Notes: generated by a model from the sequence alone, not told the origin. Shown: positions 1 through 10,917, numbered from the stretch's first letter. The stretch: DNA of 64,000 bases from Anaerolineaceae bacterium (GCA_038562595.1 JBCFBH010000001.1:36093-100092), one strand, 5' to 3'. Program-made: numbers and translations.

Positions 1-707
1 ACACACTGGCGGGGGTGATGGAGGCTTGGAACTGCGAAAAACCCATCTGCCTGCACGCGGAAGGGGAATCCGTGGCCGTCGGCGTCGCGCTGGCAGCCGT
101 GTACGGCAAACACATCCATTTTTGTCACGTTTCGCGCAAGGCAGAAATCGAAATGATTGCCCGCGCGAAAGAACGCAGACTGCCAGTCACCTGCGAGGTC
201 ACCCCGCACCATTTGTTCCTGACTGAAAGCGACGCTTTCCGATTGGGACCATATGGGGATATGCGCCCAACCCTGGCTGCCCCCAGCGACCAGGCGGCTC
301 TGTGGGAGCACCTAAACAGCACGATTGACTGCGTCGCCAGCGACCACGCACCGCATACCCGCGCGGAAAAAGAGCGGCCGGAAGGCAGCCCTCCCGGCGT
401 CCCGGGTTTGGAATCCACCCTGCTGCTGATGCTGACGGCGGTATCCCAGGGCAGGCTGAGCGCCGCACGCCTGGAAGAGCTTCTCGCGCGCAACCCTCGC
501 CGGATTTTTAAGCTCCCGCCGCAGCCCGATACGTGGGTAGAGGTGGACCCGGAGGCTGAGGGCGTTTTCCCGGAGCGCCCGCTGTACACCAAATGCGGTT
601 GGTCCCCTTTTGCTGGCATGCGCCTGCGCGGAAGGATTACAAGCGTCGTGCTGCGCGGACAGGAAATCGTCCGCGATGGAATTGTTTTGAATTATCAAAA
701 TCCTTAA
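1..707 (+). CDS. pyrC: dihydroorotase, C-terminal part (5' end lies outside the window)
   Basis: The frame is open to the window edge. Contains the VASDHAPH region typical of DHOase. Lies directly upstream of pyrB in a pyrimidine operon. Confidence 0.8.
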   Translation, partial: TLAGVMEAWNCEKPICLHAEGESVAVGVALAAVYGKHIHFCHVSRKAEIEMIARAKERRLPVTCEVTPHHLFLTESDAFRLGPYGDMRPTLAAPSDQAALWEHLNSTIDCVASDHAPHTRAEKERPEGSPPGVPGLESTLLLMLTAVSQGRLSAARLEELLARNPRRIFKLPPQPDTWVEVDPEAEGVFPERPLYTKCGWSPFAGMRLRGRITSVVLRGQEIVRDGIVLNYQNP

Positions 708-732
708 ATCATTCACAATAGGAGCACACAAA

Positions 733-1728
733 ATGATGACTGAAAACCTCGAACCTCTTTTCAAGCTGGATAAATACCAACGCGAAGCAAAATACCAAAG
801 CGTGTTCTATCAGCAAGACATCCTTTCCGTGAACCAATTCGGCAAGGATGATATGGATTATTTGTTTCACCGGGCAGATGAAATGCTTGCCATGTGCCGC
901 CGTTGGGGCACTTGCGACCTGCTGAAGGATTACACCCTGGCCTGTGTGTTCTACGAACCCAGCACCCGCACCAGTTCCTCCTTCATCTCTGCGATGGTGC
1001 GCCTGGGAGGTAAAGTTATTCCCATCACCGAAGGTATCCAGTACTCATCGGTGTCCAAAGGCGAATCTTTGATTGACAGCATGCTTACGCTGGAGCAATA
1101 CTGTGACGTTATCGTCTTGCGCCACCCCGAAATTGGCTCGTCCGCCACAGCCGCGAAATACGTGAAGGTGCCAATTATTAATGCCGGCGACGGTGCGGGG
1201 GAGCATCCCACTCAGGCGCTGCTGGACCTGTACACCATCAAGAGCGAACTCGGCCGCCTGGACGGGCTGAAAGTTGCCATGATTGGTGACTTACGCTATG
1301 GGCGCACCGTCCATTCCCTGACGCGCCTGCTCTCACAGTACGATGTTTCGCTGCGTTTTGTTTCACCCGACACCCTGCGATTGCCTCTGGACCTGATGAA
1401 CGATTTGATTGACAAGGGTGTAAAAGTTCGCGAGACCAACAAGGTTGCCGATGTTATCGAAAACGCGGATGTGCTTTACGTCACTCGCATCCAGAAAGAG
1501 CGCTTTAGCGACCTGGCGCAGTACGAGGAAGTGAAAAATTACTTCGAAATTAGCCCCGAGCTGATGGAACAGGCCAAGCAAAAAATGGTCGTGATGCACC
1601 CCTTGCCGCGCGTCGGCGAAATCCACTACAAAGTGGACCGCGACCCGCGAGCGGCTTACTTCCGCCAGGTGCAAAACGGCCTCTACATCCGCATGGCGCT
1701 GCTGGCAGCCGTGCTTGGACAGGCATAG
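733..1728 (+). CDS. pyrB: aspartate carbamoyltransferase catalytic subunit
   Basis: 331 aa. Motifs STRTSSSF (carbamoyl-phosphate site), [10 protein letters not shown] and HPLPR. Confidence 0.95.
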   Translation: MMTENLEPLFKLDKYQREAKYQSVFYQQDILSVNQFGKDDMDYLFHRADEMLAMCRRWGTCDLLKDYTLACVFYEPSTRTSSSFISAMVRLGGKVIPITEGIQYSSVSKGESLIDSMLTLEQYCDVIVLRHPEIGSSATAAKYVKVPIINAGDGAGEHPTQALLDLYTIKSELGRLDGLKVAMIGDLRYGRTVHSLTRLLSQYDVSLRFVSPDTLRLPLDLMNDLIDKGVKVRETNKVADVIENADVLYVTRIQKERFSDLAQYEEVKNYFEISPELMEQAKQKMVVMHPLPRVGEIHYKVDRDPRAAYFRQVQNGLYIRMALLAAVLGQA

Positions 1729-1773
1729 CACAAGACAACGAAGACAGAGTATGCGAGCGGCACCACAGGAGGT

Positions 1774-3171
1774 GTGATGAAATTTATCGAGAAAATAGAG
1801 AAAGCGGCAGAAAAGAATCACAGCCTGCTCATCATTGGATTGGACCCACAGGAGGAATTCCTGCCCGGAACCGGGGATATCTTTACGCGCCTGACGGATT
1901 GGGGCAAAGCGATTATCGAACTGACCAGCGACCAGGTATGCGGGTACAAGCCCAACATTGCCTTCTACGAACAATATGGACCCTCCGGGCTGCGCGCTCT
2001 GCAGGAAACTATCCGCGCCATCCCGGCGGACATTCCGGTGCTGCTGGACGCCAAGCGCGGAGACATTGGTTCCACCGCACAAGCCTACACCCGCGCGGCA
2101 TACGAACAATTCCAAGCGGATGCCGTCACGCTCAGCCCCTACCTTGGGCAGGACAGCATCAAACCTTTCCTCACGGAGCCGGATAAGTTTGTTTTTATCC
2201 TGTGCCAGACCTCCAACCCCTCCGCGAACGAAATTCAGGGCTACGGCACGCCGCCGCTGTACGAGTACATCGCCCGCGTCAGCCAGAATTGGGGCTCGCC
2301 AGATCAGGTCGGGCTGGTCATCGGGGCAACACAGCCCGAAGCGCTGCAGCGCGTGCGCGCGATTTGCCCGGATGCCTGGTTTTTGGCGCCGGGAGTCGGG
2401 GCGCAGGGCGCGGACCTGAGGACTGCCCTCACAGCCGGGCTGCGCGCGGATAAAAAAGGGGTTCTCGTGCCTGTTTCCCGCGCAGTAATCGCAGCGGAAT
2501 CTCCGCGCAAAGCCGCGGAAACGCTGCGCACCCAAATTAATACGGTCATCGCGGAAATCTCTCCCAGCCCGCTTGACCCTCTCCACGCGCTTGTGAACGG
2601 CCTGTTCTCAACCGGCTGCGTGAAATTTGGTAATTTCACGCTGGCATCTGGCAAGCAATCCCCGGTGTATCTTGATTTGCGCCGCCTGGTTTCTTACCCG
2701 GACGTATTGGACATGGCAGTGGAGGCCTATATCGACCGCTTAATCCCTCTCGATTTTGATTGTCTTGCCGGCGTCCCTTACGCCGCGCTGCCAATAGCAG
2801 CCATTGCTGCTTCCCGCTTGAAGCGCCCGATGGTCTACCCGCGCAAGGAAACTAAAACGCACGGCACCTCACAAATGGTGGAAGGGGTTTTTCAACAGGG
2901 GCAGCAGGCAGTGCTTCTGGAAGATGTTATCACCAGCGGTGGAAGCATTCAGACAGCTGCCGAGACGCTTTCATCCGCGGGTTTACAGGTGCGGGACGCT
3001 GTCGTGCTGGTGGACCGGGAACAAGGCGGCGTAAGCGCGCTCGCGCAGCAGGGGATTCAGGTGCATGCCGTGCTCACCATGCGTCAAATTTTGACCCGCC
3101 TGGAAAAACAGGACCTCATTGACCAGAGCACCTATCAGGAAGTCAGACGTTACCTGGACGGGGAAGCATGA
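1774..3171 (+). CDS. pyrF: bifunctional OMP decarboxylase (type 2) / orotate phosphoribosyltransferase fusion
   Basis: 465 aa. N-terminal half: [24 protein letters not shown] (PyrF type 2). C-terminal half: [19 protein letters not shown] and PRPP loop [11 protein letters not shown] (PyrE). SD AGGAGG at 1767-1772. ATG at 1777 is an alternative start. Confidence 0.9.
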   Translation: MMKFIEKIEKAAEKNHSLLIIGLDPQEEFLPGTGDIFTRLTDWGKAIIELTSDQVCGYKPNIAFYEQYGPSGLRALQETIRAIPADIPVLLDAKRGDIGSTAQAYTRAAYEQFQADAVTLSPYLGQDSIKPFLTEPDKFVFILCQTSNPSANEIQGYGTPPLYEYIARVSQNWGSPDQVGLVIGATQPEALQRVRAICPDAWFLAPGVGAQGADLRTALTAGLRADKKGVLVPVSRAVIAAESPRKAAETLRTQINTVIAEISPSPLDPLHALVNGLFSTGCVKFGNFTLASGKQSPVYLDLRRLVSYPDVLDMAVEAYIDRLIPLDFDCLAGVPYAALPIAAIAASRLKRPMVYPRKETKTHGTSQMVEGVFQQGQQAVLLEDVITSGGSIQTAAETLSSAGLQVRDAVVLVDREQGGVSALAQQGIQVHAVLTMRQILTRLEKQDLIDQSTYQEVRRYLDGEA

Positions 3172-4097
3172 CCGAATCAACGCTCTCCTGCGGGTTTCTC
3201 GGCCTGACCTTGCGGAACCCTCTCGTGCTGGCGTCCGGGATTCTGGGCACCAGCGCCAGCCTCCTGGAAAGGGTAGCCCGGGAAGGCGCGGGGGCAGTGA
3301 CTGCTAAAAGTTGCGGCCCGGAACCCAGGGAAGGGCACCCCAATCCGGTGGCATTAGCCTGGCAGGGCGGGGTCATTAACGCGATCGGTCTGACCAACCC
3401 CGGCGCGCCTGAGGAAGTTCCGCTTCTGCGGGCAGCCAAAAAGCGGCTTGCCGCGCTGGGAGTGCCGGTGTTCGCCAGCATCTTTGCCCCCACCACCGAA
3501 CAGTTTGGTGAGGTAGCACGCGTTATCGCCGAGGCGGAACCGGACCTGATTGAGGTCAACATCTCCTGCCCGAATGTCGCCAGTGAGTTTGGCACGCCGT
3601 TCTCGGCTTCAGCCGAAAGCGCGGCGGAGGTCACCCGCGCGGTGCGGAGAGCGGTCAGCCTGCCCATCAGCATCAAGCTGGCGCCCAACGTCTCCAATAT
3701 CGGACAGATTGCCAGGGCGGTTGCAGAAGAAGGCGCGGACGCTATTACCGCGATTAATACCATGCCCGCCATGCTGATTGACGCGGCAGCCGGCAAACCA
3801 GTTCTGTACAACCGCAGCGGCGGACTTTCCGGGCCCGCGCTCAAACCCATCGCGCTGCGCTGCGTGTACGAAATTGCCCGGTCTGTTCCCCTGCCGATTA
3901 TTGGCACCGGCGGAATCACTACAGGTACAGATGCCGCGGAGATGCTCATGGCCGGGGCCAGCCTGGTAGGAATTGGCTCCGCGGTCTGGCAGGATGGACC
4001 GGAGACTTTTGTCAGAATTAGCGTAGAACTGCTGGCTTTTATGCAGGCAGCCGGGTATGAATCAGTCGGGGCGCTGCGTGGGAAGGCGCTTAAATGA
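3168..4097 (+). CDS. pyrD: dihydroorotate dehydrogenase, class 1B catalytic subunit
   Basis: 309 aa. Motifs GLTNPG, NISCPN, GGITTG. ATGA overlap with the upstream gene. Confidence 0.9.
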   Translation: MTESTLSCGFLGLTLRNPLVLASGILGTSASLLERVAREGAGAVTAKSCGPEPREGHPNPVALAWQGGVINAIGLTNPGAPEEVPLLRAAKKRLAALGVPVFASIFAPTTEQFGEVARVIAEAEPDLIEVNISCPNVASEFGTPFSASAESAAEVTRAVRRAVSLPISIKLAPNVSNIGQIARAVAEEGADAITAINTMPAMLIDAAAGKPVLYNRSGGLSGPALKPIALRCVYEIARSVPLPIIGTGGITTGTDAAEMLMAGASLVGIGSAVWQDGPETFVRISVELLAFMQAAGYESVGALRGKALK

Positions 4098-4849
4098 GCC
4101 AGAAGGGTCTCTTTTCCTCATTTCGGGTTCATGCCGTCCGGCGTGAAAACCCTCATACCTGCACAATTTATCTGAATACCCACCTGGATGCCTTCCCGGG
4201 GCAATTTGTGATGGCATGGCTGCCTGGTATAGGGGAAAAACCTTTCAGTATCAGCGGGAATGACCCGCTGACGCTGACCGTGTGCGAGGTCGGCCCGCTC
4301 AGCCGCGCCCTCTGCCAGCTAAAAGCTGGAGACCTCTTGTGGCTGCGCGGACCACTGGGGAGAGGCTTCGAATTGGTCGGCCGGGCGCATATTCTGGTTG
4401 GCGGGGGCTACGGAGCCGCGCCGCTGAACTTTCTGGCAAAACAAGCCCGCGATCTGGGGCATGACGTAAGAGTTTGTCTTGGGGCAAAGACACGGTCTGA
4501 CTTGATTTTGGTGGATGCGTTCCGGGAATTGGGCTGCGAGGTCCTTTTGGCCACAGAAGACGGCAGCGTCGGTGAGCAGGGCTTGGTCAGCCTGCCCTTA
4601 TTGCGTGCCCTGGAGCAGAATCTTGCGGTCGGGGTTTACGCCTGCGGGCCCAGCGGCATGCTGCTGGCAGTCCACCAACTGTGCCGCCGCTTCCGGTTGC
4701 CGACGCAGCTCTCTTTTGAAGCGCTGATTCGCTGTGGGGTAGGCTTGTGCGGCTCGTGCGAGCTGAGCGAGGAGACCTGCAAGCTCCTGGGGGTTCCAGC
4801 TGGCTTTCTGGTCTGTCATGACGGCCCGGTGGTAAGGTCAGGGAGCTGA
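4094..4849 (+). CDS. pyrK: dihydroorotate dehydrogenase electron-transfer subunit
   Basis: 251 aa. FNR-like fold plus C-terminal 2Fe-2S cysteine cluster CGVGLCGSC. 4-nt overlap with pyrD. Confidence 0.85.
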   Translation: MSQKGLFSSFRVHAVRRENPHTCTIYLNTHLDAFPGQFVMAWLPGIGEKPFSISGNDPLTLTVCEVGPLSRALCQLKAGDLLWLRGPLGRGFELVGRAHILVGGGYGAAPLNFLAKQARDLGHDVRVCLGAKTRSDLILVDAFRELGCEVLLATEDGSVGEQGLVSLPLLRALEQNLAVGVYACGPSGMLLAVHQLCRRFRLPTQLSFEALIRCGVGLCGSCELSEETCKLLGVPAGFLVCHDGPVVRSGS

Positions 4850-5055
4850 GTAAGCAGCGGAATCCATCTCCAATTTATTTTTTTGATGAACCAGCTTCCG
4901 GTAAAACCTACAATAATGGATTTTTCCAGCAATTGCTGAGGTTTTTGTCTGTTTGCAGTACAATTAAGCAGCCGTCGTTTTGTTAGCCGAAAGGAGCAAA
5001 TCTTTCGCAATTGCATTTTTTCCAATCCGTTCACACAATTTAAACAGGAGAAAAG

Positions 5056-6294
5056 ATGAAAAAAGGTTTTTGGCTGTTCAATTTATTCTTGGTCCTTGCG
5101 CTTGTGCTCACCGCCTGCGCCCAGACCCCAGCTGAAACGGAAGCCCCAGCTGTGGACTGCCGCACCCAAACCAGCTCCGAAGCCGTAGGTTCCTACCAGG
5201 TCCCTGCGCCAGTTGAAGGCTGCTACAATGTCGCCTTTGTGTATGTCGGACCGCACGACGACGGTGGTTGGTCCCAGGCGCACGATGTTGGCCGCCAGTA
5301 CGTGGAGCAAACCATGGAAGACGTGCACACCGCTTACGTTGAAAACGTGGCGGAAGGCGCTGACTCGGAGCAGGTTACCCGCTCGCTGGCTCGCAAAGGC
5401 TTCGATGTAATCTTCACCACGTCGTTCGGCTTCATGGATTCCTCCGAAACCGTCGCCAATGAATTCCCGGATGTGGACATCATCCACATCAGCGGTTACA
5501 AAGCCAACGGCGCGAACTTCGGCAACCTGATGGGCGCCATGGAAGACATCAAGTACCTGGCTGGCATGCTGGCCGGCTCCCGCGCCAAACTGGACGGAAA
5601 CCCCAAGCTGGGTTACATGGCTACCTTCCCAATCCCCGAAGAGCTCCGCCTGGGCAACGCTTTCGCCCTTGGCGCGCAGAAGACCTGCCCGGAATGCACG
5701 ATTGACGTGCGCTTCATCAACACCTGGCACGATCCCATCCTCGAGCAGGAAGGCGCAAAGTCGCTCTTTGACGCTGGCGCTCAGGTCGTCATGACCGGCG
5801 CGGACACCCCCGCCCCCGCCCTGGCCGCCCCCGCTGGAAAATGGGGCATCACTTACGACTATATCGGCAACTGCACGCTGGATACCTGCCTGACCTCCAT
5901 GTACTGGAACTGGGGCGTGATCTATGCCGATATTGTGGATAAATCCCGCGCCGGCACCTGGAAGGGCGGCTGGGAATACTTCGATGCCGATTCAGGCGGG
6001 CTTGGTCTGTATGGCTTCATGGAAGGCGAGACAATGATGCCCGGCGTGGCTGAGCTTCCGGAAGCAGACCTGCAGCTGGTACGTGAAACCCTGGATAAGA
6101 TGCTCAAGGGAGAATTCACCCGCTTTGATGTCTTCAAAGGTCCAATTACTGATAATCAGGGCAATCTGATCCTCGCCGACGGCGTCAGCATGGAACAGCT
6201 TGACCTGGACGGGTTCAAACAGTTCGGCAGCGAATGCAAGACCTGCATGTACTGGTGGAACGAAAACATCACCGCGGAACTGCCCGACTTGTAA
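5056..6294 (+). CDS. BMP-family (PnrA/Med-like) ABC substrate-binding lipoprotein, probably for nucleosides
   Basis: 412 aa. Signal peptide with lipobox LVLTAC. BMP-like core (VAFVYVGPHDDGGWSQAH). Followed by a matching ATPase and two permeases. Confidence 0.85.
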   Translation: MKKGFWLFNLFLVLALVLTACAQTPAETEAPAVDCRTQTSSEAVGSYQVPAPVEGCYNVAFVYVGPHDDGGWSQAHDVGRQYVEQTMEDVHTAYVENVAEGADSEQVTRSLARKGFDVIFTTSFGFMDSSETVANEFPDVDIIHISGYKANGANFGNLMGAMEDIKYLAGMLAGSRAKLDGNPKLGYMATFPIPEELRLGNAFALGAQKTCPECTIDVRFINTWHDPILEQEGAKSLFDAGAQVVMTGADTPAPALAAPAGKWGITYDYIGNCTLDTCLTSMYWNWGVIYADIVDKSRAGTWKGGWEYFDADSGGLGLYGFMEGETMMPGVAELPEADLQLVRETLDKMLKGEFTRFDVFKGPITDNQGNLILADGVSMEQLDLDGFKQFGSECKTCMYWWNENITAELPDL

Positions 6295-6309
6295 AATATC
6301 GAGTCGACA

Positions 6310-6345
6310 GATCCAGGAGATGACCGCTTGGTCATCTCCTGGATC
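6310..6345 (+). terminator. 16-bp perfect stem-loop between the binding-protein gene and the ATPase gene (intra-operon attenuator or mRNA stabiliser)
   Basis: gatccaggagatgacc-gctt-ggtcatctcctggatc. Only a short T-run follows. Confidence 0.4.
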
Positions 6346-6416
6346 TTAATAGATTTTACCGGTTAGAGCCTTGATCTGGCGAGAGGCTTGCGAGGCACTG
6401 CACCCTGAAAGAGCTC

Positions 6417-7952
6417 ATGACAACCACACCCGAGGAAAAAATTAATGCAGTGGAAATGCGCGATATTGTGCTGCGCTTTCCGGGCGTGCTTGCCAATGAC
6501 CACGTCAATTTCACGCTCAGGCGCGGCGAAATTCACGCCCTGTTAGGAGAAAACGGCGCGGGCAAAAGCACGCTGATGAACATTCTTGCCGGGCTATATA
6601 AACCAGAATCCGGCACAATCAGAATAAACGGGGAGCGCGTGGCGCTGAACTCCCCGCGGGACGCGATCAATCGCGGCGTTGGAATGGTTCACCAACATTT
6701 CATGCTTGTCCCGACTCAGACTGTCACCGAGAATATCCTGCTTGGTCTGGATGAACCCGGCTTCGTCATGCGTTTACCGCGCTACGACCAGAAAGTGGCG
6801 GATTTGGCTGAAAAATACGGGCTTAAAGTGCAGCCCACTGCCAAAATCTGGCAGCTTTCAGTGGGAGAGCAGCAGCGCGTCGAAATCCTGAAGACCCTTT
6901 ATCGCGGAGCCGAAATCCTGATCCTGGACGAGCCGACAGCTGTACTGGCTCCGCAGGAAATCCAGGAACTGATGGACACACTCCGTCTGATGATCCAGCA
7001 AGGGAAGTCCATTGTTTTCATCAGCCATAAGCTGAACGAAGTAAAACAGGTGGCGGACCGGCTGACGGTGTTGCGCAAAGGCAAAGTAACCGCAGACGGG
7101 ATCAACCTTGAAGATGTAAACAAAGAGACCCTGGCTGAACTGATGGTCGGCCGGAAAGTAATTTTTCAGTTAAACAAAAAACCCCACACGCCGGGAGAGG
7201 TCGTTCTGGACGTGCAGAACGTGTCCGCGCTCAATAAACGCGGTTTGCCGGCGCTAAAAAACATCTCTTTACAGCTTCGCGAAGGCGAAATCCTTGGCAT
7301 CGCCGGGATCGCCGGCAACGGACAGAGCGAATTGGCGGAAGTCATCACGGGTCTGCGTTCCTGCCAGGGAAAAATCCTGGTTAATTGCCAGGATGTTGCC
7401 AATCAATCCCCAAAACGGGCGATTGACCAGGGCACCGCGCATATTCCGGAAGACCGCACAGGTGTGGGAACCGCACCCGGCATGGCGCTCACCGGCAACA
7501 TGATTATGAAATCCTACGACCGCGCCCCGATCAGTCAGAACTGGCGCATCAGCTATACCGCTGCCCGGGAATTTGCCAGTAATCTCAAAGAAAAATACGA
7601 CATTCAGGCGCCCAGCCTTACCACGCAGGTCAACAAACTTTCGGGTGGGAACCTGCAAAAAGTCATCCTTGCCCGGGAAATTTCCTGCGGACCCAAATTG
7701 ATTGTGGCGGTGCAGCCTACCCGTGGGCTGGACGTGGGCGCGATTGAAGGCATACAGAACCTGCTGCTGGAACAACGCGATAACGGCGCCGCCGTGTTGC
7801 TCATTTCCGAGGAACTGGACGAACTGCTCGACTTATCTGACCGGATCGCGGTAATTTTTGAGGGCGAACTTGTGGGCGAATTTCCTGCGGCGGAGGCTGA
7901 TTTGAAAACAATCGGATTGATGATGACCGGGGAATACAGGAGGCAGGAATGA
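6417..7952 (+). CDS. ABC transporter ATP-binding protein with two fused ABC cassettes
   Basis: 511 aa. Walker A GENGAGKST. Signatures LSVGEQQR and LSGGNLQK. Walker B ILILDEPT. Confidence 0.9.
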   Translation: MTTTPEEKINAVEMRDIVLRFPGVLANDHVNFTLRRGEIHALLGENGAGKSTLMNILAGLYKPESGTIRINGERVALNSPRDAINRGVGMVHQHFMLVPTQTVTENILLGLDEPGFVMRLPRYDQKVADLAEKYGLKVQPTAKIWQLSVGEQQRVEILKTLYRGAEILILDEPTAVLAPQEIQELMDTLRLMIQQGKSIVFISHKLNEVKQVADRLTVLRKGKVTADGINLEDVNKETLAELMVGRKVIFQLNKKPHTPGEVVLDVQNVSALNKRGLPALKNISLQLREGEILGIAGIAGNGQSELAEVITGLRSCQGKILVNCQDVANQSPKRAIDQGTAHIPEDRTGVGTAPGMALTGNMIMKSYDRAPISQNWRISYTAAREFASNLKEKYDIQAPSLTTQVNKLSGGNLQKVILAREISCGPKLIVAVQPTRGLDVGAIEGIQNLLLEQRDNGAAVLLISEELDELLDLSDRIAVIFEGELVGEFPAAEADLKTIGLMMTGEYRRQE

Positions 7953-9058
7953 GCGCGCCATACCGCCTGCGCATCCAAAAACGTACAGAGGACGTCCCGC
8001 GCTGGCTGCCTCTGGCTACTTCAGTCGGCGCAATCGTGCTGGCGTTCCTCATCAGCGGTCTAATCCTCCTGTTGATTGGAGGGGATCCAATCAAGACTTT
8101 CGGGTACTTTTTCAATGCGGCCTTCGGCAGTTGGGGAGCCCTTTCGGATGTGGTGGTAAAAGCCACGCCGCTGCTGCTGATAGGTCTGGGCTGCGGGCTG
8201 GCGTTCCGCATGCGCCTTTGGAACATCGGCGCGGAAGGTCAGTTTTACATAGGCGCTTTTTTTGCCAGTCTGGTGCCCTTGGTGCCGCTGGTGAACATGC
8301 AAACGACCCCAAAATTCGTGATTCTGCTCATGATGGCTCTGCTTGGAATGCTGGGCGGCGGATTATATGGCTTCATCCCTGGCTGGTTGAAAGCCAAGTT
8401 CAATGTAAGTGAGATTATTTCCACGCTGATGCTCAACTATGTGGCTGTATTTTGGAATAATTACTGGATTTACAGCGAATTTAGCGACGCCGGCTTCCAG
8501 ATGACGCCAATGTTCGAAAAGTCTGCCTGGCTGCCGCGCCTATCGGATTATGCCCGGGAAGTGCCAGCTTTCTCCGGCATCACGCTGCACCTCGGGGTAG
8601 TCTTTGGGCTGGTAGCCGCGCTCATTATCTGGATCATCATCACCCGCAGCCGCTGGGGCTACGAAATCAACCTAATCGGTGATAACCCGCAGGCTGCCCG
8701 CTATGCTGGCATCGATATTACGCGCAATGTGATCCTGGTGTTCATGGTCTCTGGCGCCTTAGCAGGCTTGGCGGGTATGTCCGAGGTTAGCGGCGTAGTT
8801 CACCGCCTGCAGGAACGCATTTCGACCAACTACGGCTTTTCCGGCGTGATTGTAGCCTGGCTGGCAAAACTTAACCCCTTTGCCACCATCCTGGTTTCAT
8901 TCCTGTTTGGGGCGCTGATCGTCGCCGGGAGGGAAATCCAACCCTCGGGTCTTTACTTCTTCATCCAGGGAACGATCCTATTCCTGGTGATCAGCAGTGA
9001 CGTATTCCTGCGCTACAAAATTGAGCTGTTACGCACGGCTCCGGAGGCAGCAAATTGA
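7949..9058 (+). CDS. ABC transporter permease
   Basis: 369 aa, polytopic. 4-nt overlap with the ATPase gene. Confidence 0.85.
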   Translation: MSAPYRLRIQKRTEDVPRWLPLATSVGAIVLAFLISGLILLLIGGDPIKTFGYFFNAAFGSWGALSDVVVKATPLLLIGLGCGLAFRMRLWNIGAEGQFYIGAFFASLVPLVPLVNMQTTPKFVILLMMALLGMLGGGLYGFIPGWLKAKFNVSEIISTLMLNYVAVFWNNYWIYSEFSDAGFQMTPMFEKSAWLPRLSDYAREVPAFSGITLHLGVVFGLVAALIIWIIITRSRWGYEINLIGDNPQAARYAGIDITRNVILVFMVSGALAGLAGMSEVSGVVHRLQERISTNYGFSGVIVAWLAKLNPFATILVSFLFGALIVAGREIQPSGLYFFIQGTILFLVISSDVFLRYKIELLRTAPEAAN

Positions 9059-10017
9059 GCCTGGAAATCATTCTCAGATCCGGTCTGTCCACAGGGACAA
9101 TTCTACTGTTCGCGGCAATCGGAGAAATCCTGACAGAGCTTGCCGGCATACAAAACCTTGGAGTGGAAGGCATGATGCTGCTCGGCGCGATGGCGGCTTT
9201 CAAGACTTCCCTGGCAACAGGCAGCCCCTGGCTGGGCTTGCTCGTGGGCATCGCCGCGGGCGGGCTGCTCAGCCTTGCCCATGCTCTGGTGACCATCCAT
9301 TTCCAGGCTGACCAGGTGGTCAGCGGCCTGTCGCTTACCTTTTTGGGTACCGGGCTGGCGCTCGTTCTGGGCGAGGGCCTGACCGGGCAAAACGCGCCGC
9401 TCATTCCCAGCCTGACTGTTCCCGTTCTTTCCAGAATTCCATGGATAGGGAAGGTTTTCTTTTCTGATTTGAACCTGCTGGTGTATCTTGGATATTTACT
9501 GATACCTATTGCGTGGTGGTACATCAACAAAACCCGCCCGGGGATGCACCTGCGCGCGGTAGGGGAGAAGCCTGCCGCGGCAGACAGCCTGGGCATTAAT
9601 GTCTACGGGGTGCGTTACCTATACACCTTTATGGGCGGCTGCCTGGCCGGTTTGGCGGGCGCGGCAATCAGCATCGCGATATCTCCCGGCTGGTACAGCA
9701 GCCTGACTACGTCCGGTCAGGGCTGGATCGCGGTGGCGCTGGTTATCTTTGCGCAGTGGAACCCGCTTAGGGCTGCCATGGGCGGCTACTTATTTGGCAT
9801 GCTGCGCCGCTTTATGCTCGACTTGCAAGGCCCAATGCTCCTGCTCGGGATGCGCAATCCATTCTTTTACAACCACAACCTGGTTTTCTTCCTGCAGATG
9901 ATGCCGTTTCTGCTGACGATTATCGCCCTGGTGTGGGGCTCCGCGTCCGCGCGCAGACAGCGCATTGGAGCACCTGGCGCGCTCGGTATCCCATATATCC
10001 GTGGGGAGAGGGACTGA
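9055..10017 (+). CDS. ABC transporter permease
   Basis: 320 aa, polytopic. TTGA start/stop overlap with the preceding permease gene. Confidence 0.85.
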   Translation: MSLEIILRSGLSTGTILLFAAIGEILTELAGIQNLGVEGMMLLGAMAAFKTSLATGSPWLGLLVGIAAGGLLSLAHALVTIHFQADQVVSGLSLTFLGTGLALVLGEGLTGQNAPLIPSLTVPVLSRIPWIGKVFFSDLNLLVYLGYLLIPIAWWYINKTRPGMHLRAVGEKPAAADSLGINVYGVRYLYTFMGGCLAGLAGAAISIAISPGWYSSLTTSGQGWIAVALVIFAQWNPLRAAMGGYLFGMLRRFMLDLQGPMLLLGMRNPFFYNHNLVFFLQMMPFLLTIIALVWGSASARRQRIGAPGALGIPYIRGERD

Positions 10018-10031
10018 AATTAAGCCCAAAC

Positions 10032-10057
10032 CAGAGGAGGCGTTGCCGCCTCCTCTG
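10032..10057 (+). terminator. stem-loop after the ABC operon
   Basis: cagaggaggcg-ttgc-cgcctcctctg (11-bp stem), 15 nt after the stop codon. Confidence 0.5.
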
Positions 10058-10239
10058 TGCTATTTGCACACCGCGTTAAGTGTGTGATGGGTCTGAGCGC
10101 GATCAGCGCGTTTGACTGCGCTTTGCCAACCAAGAGACGGTTTCCGCGGTTAGTGGGAAAAAAGGGTCGCGCGTAGCGGGCTTTTCTCAATAGAAGCGAA
10201 GTCCAAACTGACTGCCGGAAATGCCGCTGAAAGATCCTT

Positions 10240-10428
10240 CACTCCGTTCAGGATGACAGAGGAAAGGTGGGATGGATTGCGGTCAGGATGCTGGGCAAAG
10301 GAAAATCGGATCGCGGTCAGGACGCTGGGTGAAGCTAAGTCGGATCGCGGTCAGGATGCTGGGTGAAGCTAAGTCGGATCGCCGTCAGAACGCTGGGTGA
10401 ATCTAGTCGGATCGCGTTCAGGATGACC
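10240..10428. repeat. non-coding tandem array, about 5.5 units of a 34-bp repeat
   Basis: Units start at 10274, 10308, 10342, 10376 and 10409 (partial). Consensus GGATCGCGGTCAGGATGCTGGGTGAAGCTAAGTC. A degenerate first unit at about 10240-10273 and the last unit both carry CGTTCAGGATGAC. Confidence 0.85.
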
Positions 10429-10474
10429 AGTACTCCGCGCAGCTCAAACGGATCAAGCGCAGTTTTGCCCCTTT

Positions 10475-10894
10475 CTATCTGTCAAGCAAAGCCCGCGCGC
10501 TGCTGGCAATAAATTCCCGCTGCGCCGGCGTGATCGGGCAGTATTCGGAGTTCTGCCGGCTGGTATCCCGGTTTTCGACCAGCAAAATCAGAGCGTCCAG
10601 GCTCAGGACTGCGTTGTGCCAGGCCCCCTGCCGGACGTTATAAAGCAATCCTGGCTGCATCATTTTCACGCTCAGTTCCCCGGTGCCGTCGCCGCCGGCC
10701 AAAAAGAGCGCAGCTTCTCCTTCCAGCAGCACAAAGACTTCGTCCGTCTCCAAATGCCGTTCCAGCGTCTCCATCACGCTGGGGTCCATATCATCACAGT
10801 AGCGCAGCAGAGCCACCCGCCAGCAATTAAAGTCAATCAGCGCTTTGTAGCCGTCACCGTTGTAAGTACTCACCTGCAGCAATTCATTTTCCAT
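10475..10894 (-). CDS. cupin-domain protein
   Basis: About 139 aa from ATG 10894 (GGAAGGG SD upstream; the ORF-track start at 10915 is TTG). Beta-barrel-like HLETDEVFVLLEGEA segment. Starts about 20-25 nt after the GH94 stop. Confidence 0.6.
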   Translation of the reverse strand: MENELLQVSTYNGDGYKALIDFNCWRVALLRYCDDMDPSVMETLERHLETDEVFVLLEGEAALFLAGGDGTGELSVKMMQPGLLYNVRQGAWHNAVLSLDALILLVENRDTSRQNSEYCPITPAQREFIASSARALLDR

Positions 10895-10917
10895 GCGTTT
10901 TCCCTTCCATCCCAAAA

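Noticed and set aside
1363-2586. 407-aa ORF on the minus strand.
   Set aside because: It is antisense to pyrB and the pyrF-pyrE fusion, both of which have clear catalytic motifs. Its Arg/Gly/Ala-rich composition is typical of a spurious frame in GC-rich DNA. The same reasoning rejects 3143..3949, 5083..5730, 30952..31647, 48212..49246, 51601..52596 and 59975..60823.
10274-10428. The repeat array considered as a possible CRISPR array.
   Set aside because: The units are directly adjacent with no unique spacers, the units show little internal dyad symmetry, and no cas genes are in the window.
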